A program made the translations under genes and the position numbers. A model generated the notes under the pieces. The model worked only from the letters and a program-made list of their open reading frames with translations. It was not told the DNA's origin and did no database searches. DNA of 64,000 nucleotides from an uncultured Acidobacteriota bacterium (lineage in GTDB: Bacteria > Acidobacteriota > Polarisedimenticolia > J045): contig CAVPCQ010000039.1 of NCBI GenBank assembly GCA_963702425.1, positions 64,001 through 128,000 of the forward strand, read 5' to 3'. Of this stretch, positions 29,977-40,309 are shown piece after piece (position 1 is the stretch's first letter; each line of letters begins with the position of its first letter).

Positions 29977-31440
29977 GCGCCGGGACGAGCTGCAGCGCGC
30001 CCGGGACCAAGCAGATCGTGCAGACCTCGACCTGGGACGACGCGGGGCGACGGACGCAACTGACCCTGACGACGCCGGCCGCGGACGCCGCGCACTACGG
30101 CGGGACGAAGAAGCAGACCTGGACCTGGGACGCGCTGGACCGCTTGGAGAAGAGCACGGACGAGAACGCGGACGGCAGCGCGAACGCGGACGACGACGCG
30201 ATCGTGCGGATGAAGTACGACAGCCTGGGCCGTCCGCTGGAGGAGGGCTTCGGGGAGTCGTCTGGCGCGGCGCGCTGGAAGGTGCTCTCGGCCTACGACC
30301 GGCGCGGAGTGCGTATCTCGCTGAAGTACCCCGCCGCGAACGGAACCGTCGGCACCACGCTGGCGCTGGCCGCGGACACTCTCGGCCGGATGACCGGGAT
30401 CACGGAGGGCGCGACGAGCGTCGCGACGCTGACCTACGTCGGGGCCGGCCGGCTGGCGAAGATCCAGTCGCAGGACGACTCGGTTTGGCAGGGTCTGGAC
30501 TGGGACGCGGCCGGCCGCCGGACGCGCGGCCAGGTGACGGAAGGCGCGACGGTCCGCTTCGAAGAGGAGATCGCCTTCGACGCCGACGACCGGGTGCTGT
30601 CGGTCAAGTGGCCGCACCTGGTGAGCAGCAGCCGGCCGCAGGTCCAGCAATTCGGCTACGACGAGCAGGCCCGGCTGCTGAAGCTCGAGCAGGGGTACGC
30701 CGATCCGAGCGGGAGCAGCTGGACCTTCCCGGTGGGCTACTCGGCCTTCCACGACTTCCATCTCGACGAGCAGGGCAACTGGGCCGAACATAAGGATGGC
30801 GCGGGGACGACGCTGGTGAGCCCGACGATCGCCAAGGACAACGCGTACACGGCCTGGCCGGTCTCGGGCGGGTCGACGCTGAGCTTCGTGCTGGACGACA
30901 CGGGGAGGTTCGTGTACGAGCGGCCGGTGGCCGGGGGCGGGAAGTACGTCTACAAGCACGACGGCCTCGGCCGCCTGGTGTCGGCGCAGCGGCTCAGCGT
31001 GCCGGGCAACGCCGACCTGACGACGACCTACGGCTACACCGCGGACAGCCGGCTGGCTTGGCGCAAGGAGGGGACGGCGGCGCGCGAGTGGCTGATCTAC
31101 GACGGGTCGCAGGCGGTGGTGCAGACGACCGACACCGCGCTGACCTGGACCCACGTCTGGGCCGGAAGCCGGCTGGTGCGGTCGACGAAGCACCCGGCCG
31201 GAACGGTCTACCATCCGCATCAGGACCGGCTGGGATCGATCGTGGTGGTGACGCGTAGCGGCGGACCGGACCGCGCGATCTATGATCCCTACGGCCGGCT
31301 GGTGGCGGCCTTCTCGACGATCACGAACGACACTTTCCCCGTGCCCTTCGGCTACACCGGGGCGCGCTGGGAGGCGACGGCGGGCCTCTACCAGATGGGG
31401 GCGCGCTGGTACGACCCGGAGCTGGGGCGGTTCATTGAGC
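29977..31440 (+). repeat. Orphan Rhs core copy 4, truncated at 'GRFIE' before DPxGL, with no tip
   Basis: Near-identical to about 20550-22010; open frame; homology stops abruptly at 31440. Confidence 0.9.
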
Positions 31441-31731
31441 CGGTGAGGCGGCCACATACGATGACGGGCTCAAAGCCCAATACTCGAATCGGCCGGCCCC
31501 GAGGTGAACGGCCCCCTCGCACCCAGCAGGTTGGTGACGCGTCTCACCTCGTCCCTGGCCCGGTGCAAGGCCGGAGACCACGAGCGCCCGGCCGAGCCAA
31601 GTCCCTCGCCCGAACCACTCGCCGCCCCCTGATCTCGCCTGGTGCTGCAGCGTCCGCTGGTCCTTGGATCTGCTTCCCTTCGGAACAGCCCGCGCTGCCA
31701 CGCGGACCGCGCTTCGCACAGAGTCGTACCC

Positions 31732-31842
31732 TGTACGACGAGCAGGCCCGGCTGCTGACGCTTGAGCAGGGGTACGCCGACCCGAGCGGGAGCGGCTGGA
31801 CCTTTCCGGCGGGCTACGCCGGCTTCCACGACTTCCATCTCG
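31732..31842 (+). repeat. Short Rhs fragment (copy 5)
   Basis: 'YDEQARLLTLEQGYADPSGSGWTFPAGYAGFHDFHL' matches about 30657-30765. Confidence 0.8.
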
Positions 31843-32201
31843 AAGAGCTCCGGATCTCGGAGCCCGGCGTCGGCGTGAAGGACCTCTCGCCGCACGGCTG
31901 GAAGGTCCGCTTTGAGGCCGACGTCAAGGCCCGCCGCTACGAGATCCTCAGCAAGCTCACCGGCGCCGCCTGAGTCCGCCCGGCTGGCGGCTCCATGAAG
32001 GACGGGGTGGGGATCACAGAGCGGTTACGGTGAGTGGGCGAAAGGTCTGCCCGCTGGGGGTAGCCCCGAGCATGCGAACCGGACCACGGCGACGTAGGTC
32101 AGCCGCACGGGGCGGTCTGGGGGGACGGTCCACGCAGGCCGCTTCGTCGAGGGCGGGGTGGCGATCAGAAAACGGTGACGGACCCATGCCGGCGGGAGCG
32201 G

Positions 32202-33240
32202 TCAGCCGCGCTGCAGCGTGGCGCGCGTCGCGGCCTCGAGGGGGCCGGCCAGCGCGTCGCTCACGATCGGGACCGGGTCGGCCACGCCGGGTGCCAGGAC
32301 GATCCGATGCGCGAAGAGCGGCACGGCCAGCGCCGCCAGGTCGTCGGTCGAGACGAAGGTCCGGCCGCGCCGCATGGCGCGCGCCTGGAGCGCCGGGACC
32401 GCCTGGACCAGCGAACGCGTGGACAGCCCCTGGGCGACCCGCGGGTCGTCGCGCGTGGCCCGTGCCAGGTCGACCAGGCAGGCCCGCAGCTCGGCCGCGA
32501 AGTGGACCTCCCGCTCGATCGCGTCGCGCGCCGCGAGCAGCTCGTCGCGGGTGATCTTCGGCCGCGAGGAAGGCTGCGGGTGGAGCCGCTGGCGGTAACT
32601 GGCGACGACCTCGAGCTCGGCGCTCGCGCGCGATCGGCACCATCCGGATCTTGAACAGGAAGCGGTCGAGCTGCGGGGCCGGGAGCGGGAAGGTCCCGGC
32701 GAGGCCGAGCGGATTCTGGGTCGCGACGACCAGGAAGAGCGGGTCGAGCGGATAGGTCACGTTGTCGACCGTGACCTGGCGCTCGGCCATCGCCTCGAGC
32801 AGCGCCGACTGCACCTTCGGCGAGGTCCGGTTGATCTCGTCGGCCAGCACGACGTGCGCGAAGACCGGGCCAGGCACGAACTCGAAGCGGGCGTGCTCCG
32901 GGTCGAAGACCGAGACGCCGGTGATGTCGGAGGGGAGCAGGTCGGGCGTGAACTGGATCCGGCGGAAGGCCGAGAGGGGCGAGCCGTCGCCGTCGAGCGA
33001 CTCGCCGAGCGCGCGCGCCAGCATCGTCTTGCCCGAGCCCGGGAAGTCCTCGAGCAGGACGTGCCCCCCCGCGAGCCAGGCGACGACGACGAGGTCGATC
33101 ACGTCGTCGCGGCCGACGATCGCCTCGCCGAGCCGCGCAGCGACGCGTTGGGCCACCTCCGCGGCCTCGGAAAGTCCGGCGCCGTCCCGGCCGGTCTCCT
33201 CATCGCGCGCGGCGTCGATCGGATTCCTGTCAGGCTCCAC
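32202..33240 (-). CDS. MoxR-family AAA+ ATPase (frameshift near 32625)
   Basis: 'GHVLLEDFPGSGKT', 'RIQFTPDLLPSDITG', 'LADEINRTSPKVQSALLEAM', 'ATQNP', 'QLDRF'. The C-terminus continues in another frame to TGA at 32202. Confidence 0.92.
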
Positions 33241-33260
33241 GTTCCGCCTCCGGTTTCACG

Positions 33261-35478
33261 TCAGCGCGTCCGCAACCAGCGCCAAGGGTCGAGCCGGCCC
33301 CACCATACCCTCCCGCGGGCTCCTCGTCGCGGGTCCGCCGCGCGCTGCCGCGCGACCAGGCGCGCCAGCTGCGCCGCGCGCACAGGGTCGGCGTCACGGG
33401 CGCCGAATCGCGCGGCGAGGTGGGCCGCGGTGAGCGGTTCGATCGCCGCCGCCGTTCCCGCCGCGCGCGCGGCGAAGGCCTCCCGCGTTTCGCCGGGGGT
33501 GCGGACCAGCCCGGCCTCGGCCAGCCGATCGAGCGCCGAGCGCAGCGCCAGGCGCGCAGTGCGGTCCCGCCGCGCAGCGACCGGGGCGATGCGCCGCCAG
33601 AGCTTCGCGGCGTGCCCCGCGCCGGCCCAGGCCAGCAGGGCCGACCCGAGCACGAGCAGCGTCTCGGCGCGCCCCGGCAACCGGTAGCGGGGCGGGCCGT
33701 CGCGCCCTGGCCCGCTCGCGCGCGGCCGCGCCAGCTCGCCCATCATCCGCTGGAGGTCGAGGCTCGGGGCCGCGAGCGGCGGATCGAGCGACGGCGGGGA
33801 GGGGTCGATCGGGACCCACCCGACGTCGTCGAGATAGACCTCGGCCCAGGCGTGCGCATCGCCGGCGCGCAACATCAGCGCGGAGCCCCCAGCACGGTTC
33901 GCCTCCTCGTAGGCGTAGCCGGCCGCGACGCGCGACGGCAACCCCATCGCCCGCAGCAGGTAGGCCGCGGCGTGGGCGAGGTGCACGCAGTAGCCGATCC
34001 GGTCCCCGAAGAGGAACGACGCGGTCGGGTCGTCGGCCGCGGCGTGGTGCGAGCGCAGCGAGTACTGGGTGTGCCCCTCGAGCCAGATCGCAACCGCGAG
34101 CGCGCGGGCCCACGGATCCCCGGCGTACTCCGGCCGCAGCGTCGCGTCGATCTCCGCCGCCAGCGCCGCGTAGCGCGGATCGGCGGGCGCCTCGCGATAG
34201 GCGGCGTCGAGCGCGGCCGACCAGGCGGGGCTGCCTGCGGCGCGCCCCAGCAGTCGCGGCAGCCTTGCGGTCAGGACCATCGAGCGCGTGTCGTAGGTCC
34301 GGCGGAACAGCGCGGGGTCGGCGTTGGCGACCGACTCGAGCGCGAACCCCTCGGCCAGGACCGGCGGCAGGACGTGGTCGCGAACGAGCGAGACGGTGGC
34401 CTGGAGCGGGTCGCGGAAGGCCGCAGCCCGGGGGAAGCGCGTGCACCTCGGCCGCGCCCGCTGCAGGGAAGCGGGGAAACAGGTCGGCATCGGCCTCCTC
34501 TCCGGCCGTGCCGCCGCCACGCGCCTGGACCAGGCGGCGGCCGTTGTGGACCGAGAATGCGACCTGCCGGAAGTAGAGCACCCCGCCCGTCGGCGCGACG
34601 TCGTCGTGCAGCACGACGACCGCGACCGGCGCCTCGGCGCCGTTCGACGAGTAGTCGTCGCGGAAGGGCGCCATCTCATCGAGACGCTCGCCGTGTCCCG
34701 GGCCGGGGACGGTGAGGCCGAGCGGGTTCTGCTCGCCGCGCGCACGGGGCGGGCCCTCCGCGGTCGAACCGCCGCCGCGCTCCCCCTGCGGCTCACCGGA
34801 CAGGCGGAGCGGATCCTCGGACGGCAACCGCAGCAGGCCGAGCGCGGGAGCGAAGCGAACCAGCGTCGCGGCAGCGACCAGCAACAGCAACGCCGCGAGC
34901 CAGGCGCGCCGGGCGCGGCCGGGGCGATAGAGCGCGAGCGAGCCGGCCACGCCCGCCACCGCGCCGAGCGCGGAGAAGACCAGCGCCGGGTGCCAGCCGG
35001 CGAGAAACGCGCGGTCCGAGACGGCGTAGGGCAGGTGGATCGCGCCGCCGCGGTGCGGCGCCAACAGCAGCGCCACCGCGCCGACGAGCGCGGCGAGCGG
35101 GAGCAGGCGCATCGCCGGGACGCGGGCCGCGGCGTGCGCGAGGAGCAGGGCCGCAGCGAGCACCGGGAGTCCGACGGTCAGCGCCTCGCGCGTCCGGGCC
35201 AGCAGGTCGGGCCACGGGACGAGCGCTGGCGGGAGGCGGTCGATCAGCGAGGCGACGAGCGGTCCCAGACCGGCGACGAGCAGCGCCGCCGCCGGGACGA
35301 CCCACGCGCGCAGGCCACTGCTTGCGGTGCGGCTGCCGGCGAGGCCGCCGATCGTTGCGGCGACGATCGCCACGGCGAGTCCGGACGCGCTCGCCGCCGG
35401 TGCGAAGCACAACCCCGCCGCCGCAGCCAGGACCAGTGCGACCGGAAGTCCGTTCCCGAGGGTCCGGAGCGCGCTCAT
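33261..35478 (-). CDS. Membrane transglutaminase-like (TgpA-type) protein (frameshift near 34430)
   Basis: N-terminal TMs; catalytic triad motifs 'GYCVHLA', 'DAHAWAEVY', 'GWVPIDPS'. Confidence 0.88.
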
Positions 35479-36800
35479 CGCCCGCCTGCCGCGGTGACCG
35501 ATTCGGGGCCGAGCAGGTCGGCGCCGGAGAGGACGGTCAGCCGGCCACCGACGCGGTCGGCGAGCACGAGGCGCACGCCGGTGGCGGCGAGCGGAGCGAG
35601 ACCGCGCACCAGCGCGTCGAAAGCAGGCAGCGGGCGGTCCTCCCGCAGCAGGGCGCGCGCCAGGAGGCCGGCCGGCGGCAAGGCCAGGCCGGCATCCGCG
35701 GCGGCGACGATCGCGTATCGCGACGGATCGGCCGCGACCTGGGGGAGGACCAGCGGGAGCCAGCCGCCGCTGCGCGCCGGGACGACGAGCAGGACCGGGC
35801 TGCCCGGCTCCGCGGCGCCGAGCGCGAGCGCGGCGGCAAGGTCGGCCCCCCCCCGCGCGCGGTGGCGCACAGAAGCGGCCAGGAGGTCGAGCGCGCGGCG
35901 CAGGTCGCGCACCGGGGCGGGAGCGCCGTCGCACGCGAACGGCAGGTCATCGCCGAACAGGCCGCTCTCGAGGATGACCCGCGCGGCCGCAGCCGCGGCG
36001 TCGTCGCCCTCGCCCGCGACGAGATAGAGCAGCGGCGTCCCCTCGGGGGAACGGGCCGGCTCGTGGGCTCGCACCATGAGCTGACGCGATCGGGCGTAGA
36101 CCTTCCACAGGATCAGCCGCGCGGGATCGGACCGGGTGTAGGTCCGGAAGTCGACGAGGTCGCCCCGCGGCGGTCCCGTCGGCCAGGACAGGAGATCCCC
36201 GGTGGCGAGGCTCGTGGCCAGCTCCGCCGCCGACAGGCGCCCCGGGTCGGGCAGCGCGCGCACCGCGCGCGGTTGCGGCACACGGGCGGTGAAGCGCCAG
36301 AGCCCCAGCACGTCCTCGCCATGCAGCTCGCGCACGATCTCGCCGGCCAGCGCGCGGTCGGGGAAGGTCACCTGCTCGACGCGCAGCGCGCTCCGCGCGC
36401 TGGGTGCGGCGACGGCCGCCGGGGCGATCCAGGCCAGCCGCGGGGTGGCGGCGAGGGGCACCACGCGCACCGGCAGCACGAGGCCCGACGCGACCGGCCG
36501 GCCCTCGACCGCCTCGAGCGGCGGCGCTCCCGAGGCACTCGCGCGCTGGAGGTCGCGCCGGGCCAGCGCCAGTGACAGTGCCGCCGCCGCGCCGGTGCCG
36601 ACCACGAGAGCGAGACCCCAGAGGGCCGCGATCGTGACGACCAGATCGATCCGGCCGCGCCCGAACCAGTAGGCCGCGGCCGATGCGGCCAGCAGCAGGA
36701 AGCCGGCCGGCCGGATCGGAACCGCGCGGACCCACGCGAAAAGACGGCGGGCCAGAGGCACGCGGACGGGGGGCGGCGCCGCCTGGGGCGCGGTCGACAT
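35475..36800 (-). CDS. DUF58 domain protein
   Basis: 'GDLVDFRTYTRSDPARLILWKVYARSRQLMVR'; MoxR/transglutaminase context. Confidence 0.85.
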   Translation of the reverse strand: MSTAPQAAPPPVRVPLARRLFAWVRAVPIRPAGFLLLAASAAAYWFGRGRIDLVVTIAALWGLALVVGTGAAAALSLALARRDLQRASASGAPPLEAVEGRPVASGLVLPVRVVPLAATPRLAWIAPAAVAAPSARSALRVEQVTFPDRALAGEIVRELHGEDVLGLWRFTARVPQPRAVRALPDPGRLSAAELATSLATGDLLSWPTGPPRGDLVDFRTYTRSDPARLILWKVYARSRQLMVRAHEPARSPEGTPLLYLVAGEGDDAAAAAARVILESGLFGDDLPFACDGAPAPVRDLRRALDLLAASVRHRARGGADLAAALALGAAEPGSPVLLVVPARSGGWLPLVLPQVAADPSRYAIVAAADAGLALPPAGLLARALLREDRPLPAFDALVRGLAPLAATGVRLVLADRVGGRLTVLSGADLLGPESVTAAGGR

Positions 36801-36941
36801 CCGCGCGAGTCTAGATGCGCGGCGCGCCGGGTGCGAGGCCGCGGGGGTCGGGGGCGCCCCCGGGCGGCTGGTCGCCGCGGCCGATTGCACTCACAATGCC
36901 CCGGTTGCCGGCCCGCTGGCCGGCCTGAGGTGAGTGCCGAC

Positions 36942-38090
36942 ATGAGCCATGCTGAAGCGGGACGGAGTGTGACGCGCGGGGCCCTCCTCGCGCTGGTCGT
37001 CGGGTGTCTGGCGTTCGCGGCCGGGTGCGGCAAAGGCAAGCCCGAGAAGCCGGAGTCGCCGCTCGACAAGATCCCGACCAAGGACGCGGTCGTGCTGGTC
37101 GGCGACAAGCAGATCTCCGGCGCGTGGCTCCGCAACTGGTGCGCGACGCAGGAACTGCAGTTCCTGCGCGGCGGGATGCCGGTCCAGGTCGACGAGTACT
37201 CGCTGATCACGGCGGGCCGCCAGATCCTGACCAAGATCGTGCTGATCGCCGGCGAGGCCGAACGCCAGGGGATCACGGTCAGCGACCAGGAGATCCAGGA
37301 CCAGCTGAGCAAGGAAATGAAGTTGTTCCCCTCGACCGAGGCCTGGCGCGACCGGATGACCGCGTCGGGGATGACGGTCGAGGAGCGGAAGGAACAGATC
37401 CGGCTCGAGCTGCTCTTCAACAAGTACCGCGAGCAGGTCGTGACGCCGGAGGTGCTGAAGACCCGCGCCAACATGGAGATGGCTCGCGAGTACTACGGCC
37501 GCTACCCGCAGCAGTTCCAGCGCCCGCGCGCGGTCCACCTGGCGCACATCATGCGCTCGGTCGCCAAGGACGCGCCTCCCGACCAGCGCGACAAGGAACG
37601 CGCCAACATCGAGAAAGCGCGCGGCCGCGTCTCGAGCGGCGAGAAGTTCGAGGATGTGGCGCGCGAGGTATCGACCGACGTCTCGGCGATCAAGGGTGGC
37701 GACATCAAGTGGGTCACCGAACAGGCTCCGCTCGCGCCGGAGATCAAGGCGAAGGTGCTGGTCCTCAAGCCCGGCGAGATGACCGAGATCATCGAGAGCC
37801 CGGTCGGGTACCACCTGTTCCTGGCCCTCGAGGTCAAGGAGGCCGGGGTCGTGCCGTTCGAGGAGGCGCAGGAGGGGATCCAGAAGCAGCTGCTCGAGAA
37901 GTCGCTCCAGGTCTCGATGGAGCGCGCGGCGTCCGACCTGCAGCAGCAGACCAAGGTCCAGTTCCTCGATCTCAAGCCGTTCATCGGCACACCGCCCGAG
38001 AAGGCGGCCGGCGCCCCGGCCGCGGGGGCGACCGCGCCACCCGCCGAAGGTGCCCCGCCGGTCCCCCAGCAGGCTCCCGCCAAGAACTAG
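36942..38090 (+). CDS. Parvulin-type peptidyl-prolyl isomerase lipoprotein (PrsA/SurA-like)
   Basis: Lipobox 'FAAGC', 'VHLAHIM', 'FEDVAREVSTD', 'KGGDIKW', 'SPVGYHL'. Confidence 0.9.
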   Translation: MSHAEAGRSVTRGALLALVVGCLAFAAGCGKGKPEKPESPLDKIPTKDAVVLVGDKQISGAWLRNWCATQELQFLRGGMPVQVDEYSLITAGRQILTKIVLIAGEAERQGITVSDQEIQDQLSKEMKLFPSTEAWRDRMTASGMTVEERKEQIRLELLFNKYREQVVTPEVLKTRANMEMAREYYGRYPQQFQRPRAVHLAHIMRSVAKDAPPDQRDKERANIEKARGRVSSGEKFEDVAREVSTDVSAIKGGDIKWVTEQAPLAPEIKAKVLVLKPGEMTEIIESPVGYHLFLALEVKEAGVVPFEEAQEGIQKQLLEKSLQVSMERAASDLQQQTKVQFLDLKPFIGTPPEKAAGAPAAGATAPPAEGAPPVPQQAPAKN

Positions 38091-40309
38091 AGGAGACGCC
38101 GGCGCCACCGCACCAGGCCGGCCGCCGCGAGCGTCAGGAGCGGCAGACCGGCGGTCAACGCCACCGCGATCCAGGCCGTCTCGCGACGCGTCAGGGCGAC
38201 CCGCGCCAGCGGACGCTCGCGGGCCGGGACGACGAGCGGGGCGTCCTCCGGCAGCAGCCACGCGGTGGCGTTCATCGCCAGACCGCGATTGGCGAGTTGG
38301 TCGATCGCCGCGTTCGAGAACAGATCGGCGTCACCGCTGGCGACGATCCGTCCCGCTCCCGCGCGGCCGCCGGCGACGATCGTCAACGGGCCGGCCGAGT
38401 CGCCGCCGTCGCGGGCGAAGCCGTCGGCGGCGTCACCGAAGGTGGTCTCGCCCCACGCCTCGGGCGAGGTGCGCACCAACGGACGCGGACCTTCGTGCCC
38501 GTCGCCGTCGCCCGCACCGCCTTCGTGCGCGGAACCTTCATATCCGCCGGGAGCCGCGATCGAGCGCACCAGCCGGACCAGGACCGGCATGTCGGCCACC
38601 GGTCTCGTGAGCGGGTCGTGCGGGTTGGCGAACGCAAAGAAGCTCTCGGGCCCGAAGGACGGCACGGCGTGCGCCGGGTCGAGCACGACGTCGTCGCGTG
38701 CCGCGAGGCCCGCCCGCGCCAGCAGCGGCTCGAGCCCGCTCGAGGCGAAACCGCCGCCGTCGGGCCGCGGCACCGGTTCGAGCATCACGAGCGCAGCACC
38801 GCCGGCGTCGAGGTACCGCCCGAGCGCGTCGCGTTCGCCCGGCAGCCAGGGCGCGAGTGGTCCGGCGACGATCACGAGGTCGGTCCCGGCGGGTACGGCG
38901 GTCGCGCCGAGCGCGTCCCAGACGCGGACGTCGAGGTCGGCGCGGGCCAACATCTCGGCCCAGCGCGACAGCCCGGCCTCGCCGGGCGCGCCCGAATCAC
39001 GCTCGCCGTGGCCCGTCGCGAAGCGCACCACCGGGCGGCGCGCACGCGTGACCGCCCGGATCGCCCCGATCAACGCCTCCTCGGCGCGCAGCGCGCGGAC
39101 CGCAGGCGCCCCTTCCCAGGTGATCGCGCCGTCGTAGAGGACGAGGTCCTCCGCGCGCAGCACGCGCCGGCGCCCGGCGCCCTCGACGACGACGACGTTG
39201 ACGCTCTCGCGCAGCGGGTCGAGGCCGAGCTGGCGCAGGCGCAGCGGCTCGCGCAGCGGGTCGAGCTCCTCCAGGACGATCCGCCCCGGGGCCGCGGCCG
39301 CCAGCGTACCGGCGACGGTCCGCAACTCGGCCACGGCGTCCGCCGGCAACTCTGCCGAGGCGTGGAGCAGCGACACGACGCGCACCGTCTCGGGCAGCGT
39401 GCCGAGCGCGTCGACGGTTTCGGGCGAGAGCGTGTAGAGCCGCGACCCGGTGAGGTCCCACACCGGACCCCACCGGACCGCCGCGGCGTTGGCGAGCGCG
39501 AACAGGGCGAGCGCGAGAGCCAGCATCGCCGCCCCGGCCGCCCGCCGCGCCCCGCGCCCCGCGCCGCCGCGCAGGCGCTCGATCAGGCGCGCGGCGAGGA
39601 AGACGAAGAGGACCGTGCCCGAGAGCGGGTAGACGAGCCGTCGCGCCGCGACGAGGCCGCGCGAGAGCTCGTCCATCGTCGCGAGCAGGTTCAGCTGGTC
39701 CCACGCGGCGCGCGCCGCGGGAGCGCGCGCCATGCCGCCGGCTGCGAGCGGCAGCGTGAACAGCGCGACGAGGAAGACGAAGCCGAGGCAGGCGGCGACG
39801 ACCTGATTCCGCGTCGCAGCCGAGGCGAAGAGGCCAACCGCCAGCAGGTAGGCGCCGACCACCACGAGGCCGGCGAGCCCGGCGATCGCGGCCGAGAGAT
39901 CGAGCGTGCCCGCGCTGCCGAGCAGGGCGAGGAACACCGGGAACGGCGCCAGCAGCGCGAGGTAGAACACGAGCGCGCCGAGGAACTTCCCGGTCGCGAT
40001 CTCGCCCGCGGTGACGGGCGCGGCCAGCAGGATCTCGATCGAGCCGGTCTGCCGCTCCTCCGCGACGAGTCGCATCGCGATCAGCGGCAGCACGACGAGC
40101 AGCGGCAGCCAGAAGAGCGAGGCTGTGAACAATGCGCGCTGGACCTCGAGCAGCGGGGCCGAGGCGATGCCGGGGAGCGAGATCAGCGTGCCGAAGGCGT
40201 AGCCGAGCAGGGCACTCGTGGCGGCGAGAACGACCCACGCCAGCGGCTGCTGGAACAGCGAGACGATCTCGCGCCGCGCGATGACGGCGACGTGCGCCGG
40301 GGCCCGCAT
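38087..40309 (-). CDS. GldF-like ABC-2 permease fused to a GldG-like domain
   Basis: 'IARREIVSLF', 'MRLVAEERQTGSIEILLAAPV', 'WDLTGSRLYTLSPET', 'FATGHGE'. Confidence 0.85.
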   Translation of the reverse strand: MRAPAHVAVIARREIVSLFQQPLAWVVLAATSALLGYAFGTLISLPGIASAPLLEVQRALFTASLFWLPLLVVLPLIAMRLVAEERQTGSIEILLAAPVTAGEIATGKFLGALVFYLALLAPFPVFLALLGSAGTLDLSAAIAGLAGLVVVGAYLLAVGLFASAATRNQVVAACLGFVFLVALFTLPLAAGGMARAPAARAAWDQLNLLATMDELSRGLVAARRLVYPLSGTVLFVFLAARLIERLRGGAGRGARRAAGAAMLALALALFALANAAAVRWGPVWDLTGSRLYTLSPETVDALGTLPETVRVVSLLHASAELPADAVAELRTVAGTLAAAAPGRIVLEELDPLREPLRLRQLGLDPLRESVNVVVVEGAGRRRVLRAEDLVLYDGAITWEGAPAVRALRAEEALIGAIRAVTRARRPVVRFATGHGERDSGAPGEAGLSRWAEMLARADLDVRVWDALGATAVPAGTDLVIVAGPLAPWLPGERDALGRYLDAGGAALVMLEPVPRPDGGGFASSGLEPLLARAGLAARDDVVLDPAHAVPSFGPESFFAFANPHDPLTRPVADMPVLVRLVRSIAAPGGYEGSAHEGGAGDGDGHEGPRPLVRTSPEAWGETTFGDAADGFARDGGDSAGPLTIVAGGRAGAGRIVASGDADLFSNAAIDQLANRGLAMNATAWLLPEDAPLVVPARERPLARVALTRRETAWIAVALTAGLPLLTLAAAGLVRWRRRLL

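Noticed and set aside
20040-31842. Long direct repeats as a CRISPR array or IS copies
   Set aside because: Repeats are 0.1-2 kb Rhs-coding sequence with no short repeat-spacer periodicity, transposase or terminal inverted repeats.
8277-35478. Programmed frameshifting or pseudogene status for CDF, MoxR and transglutaminase
   Set aside because: Single indels in GC runs with intact motifs on both sides and no slippery heptamers noticed; sequencing error is more parsimonious.
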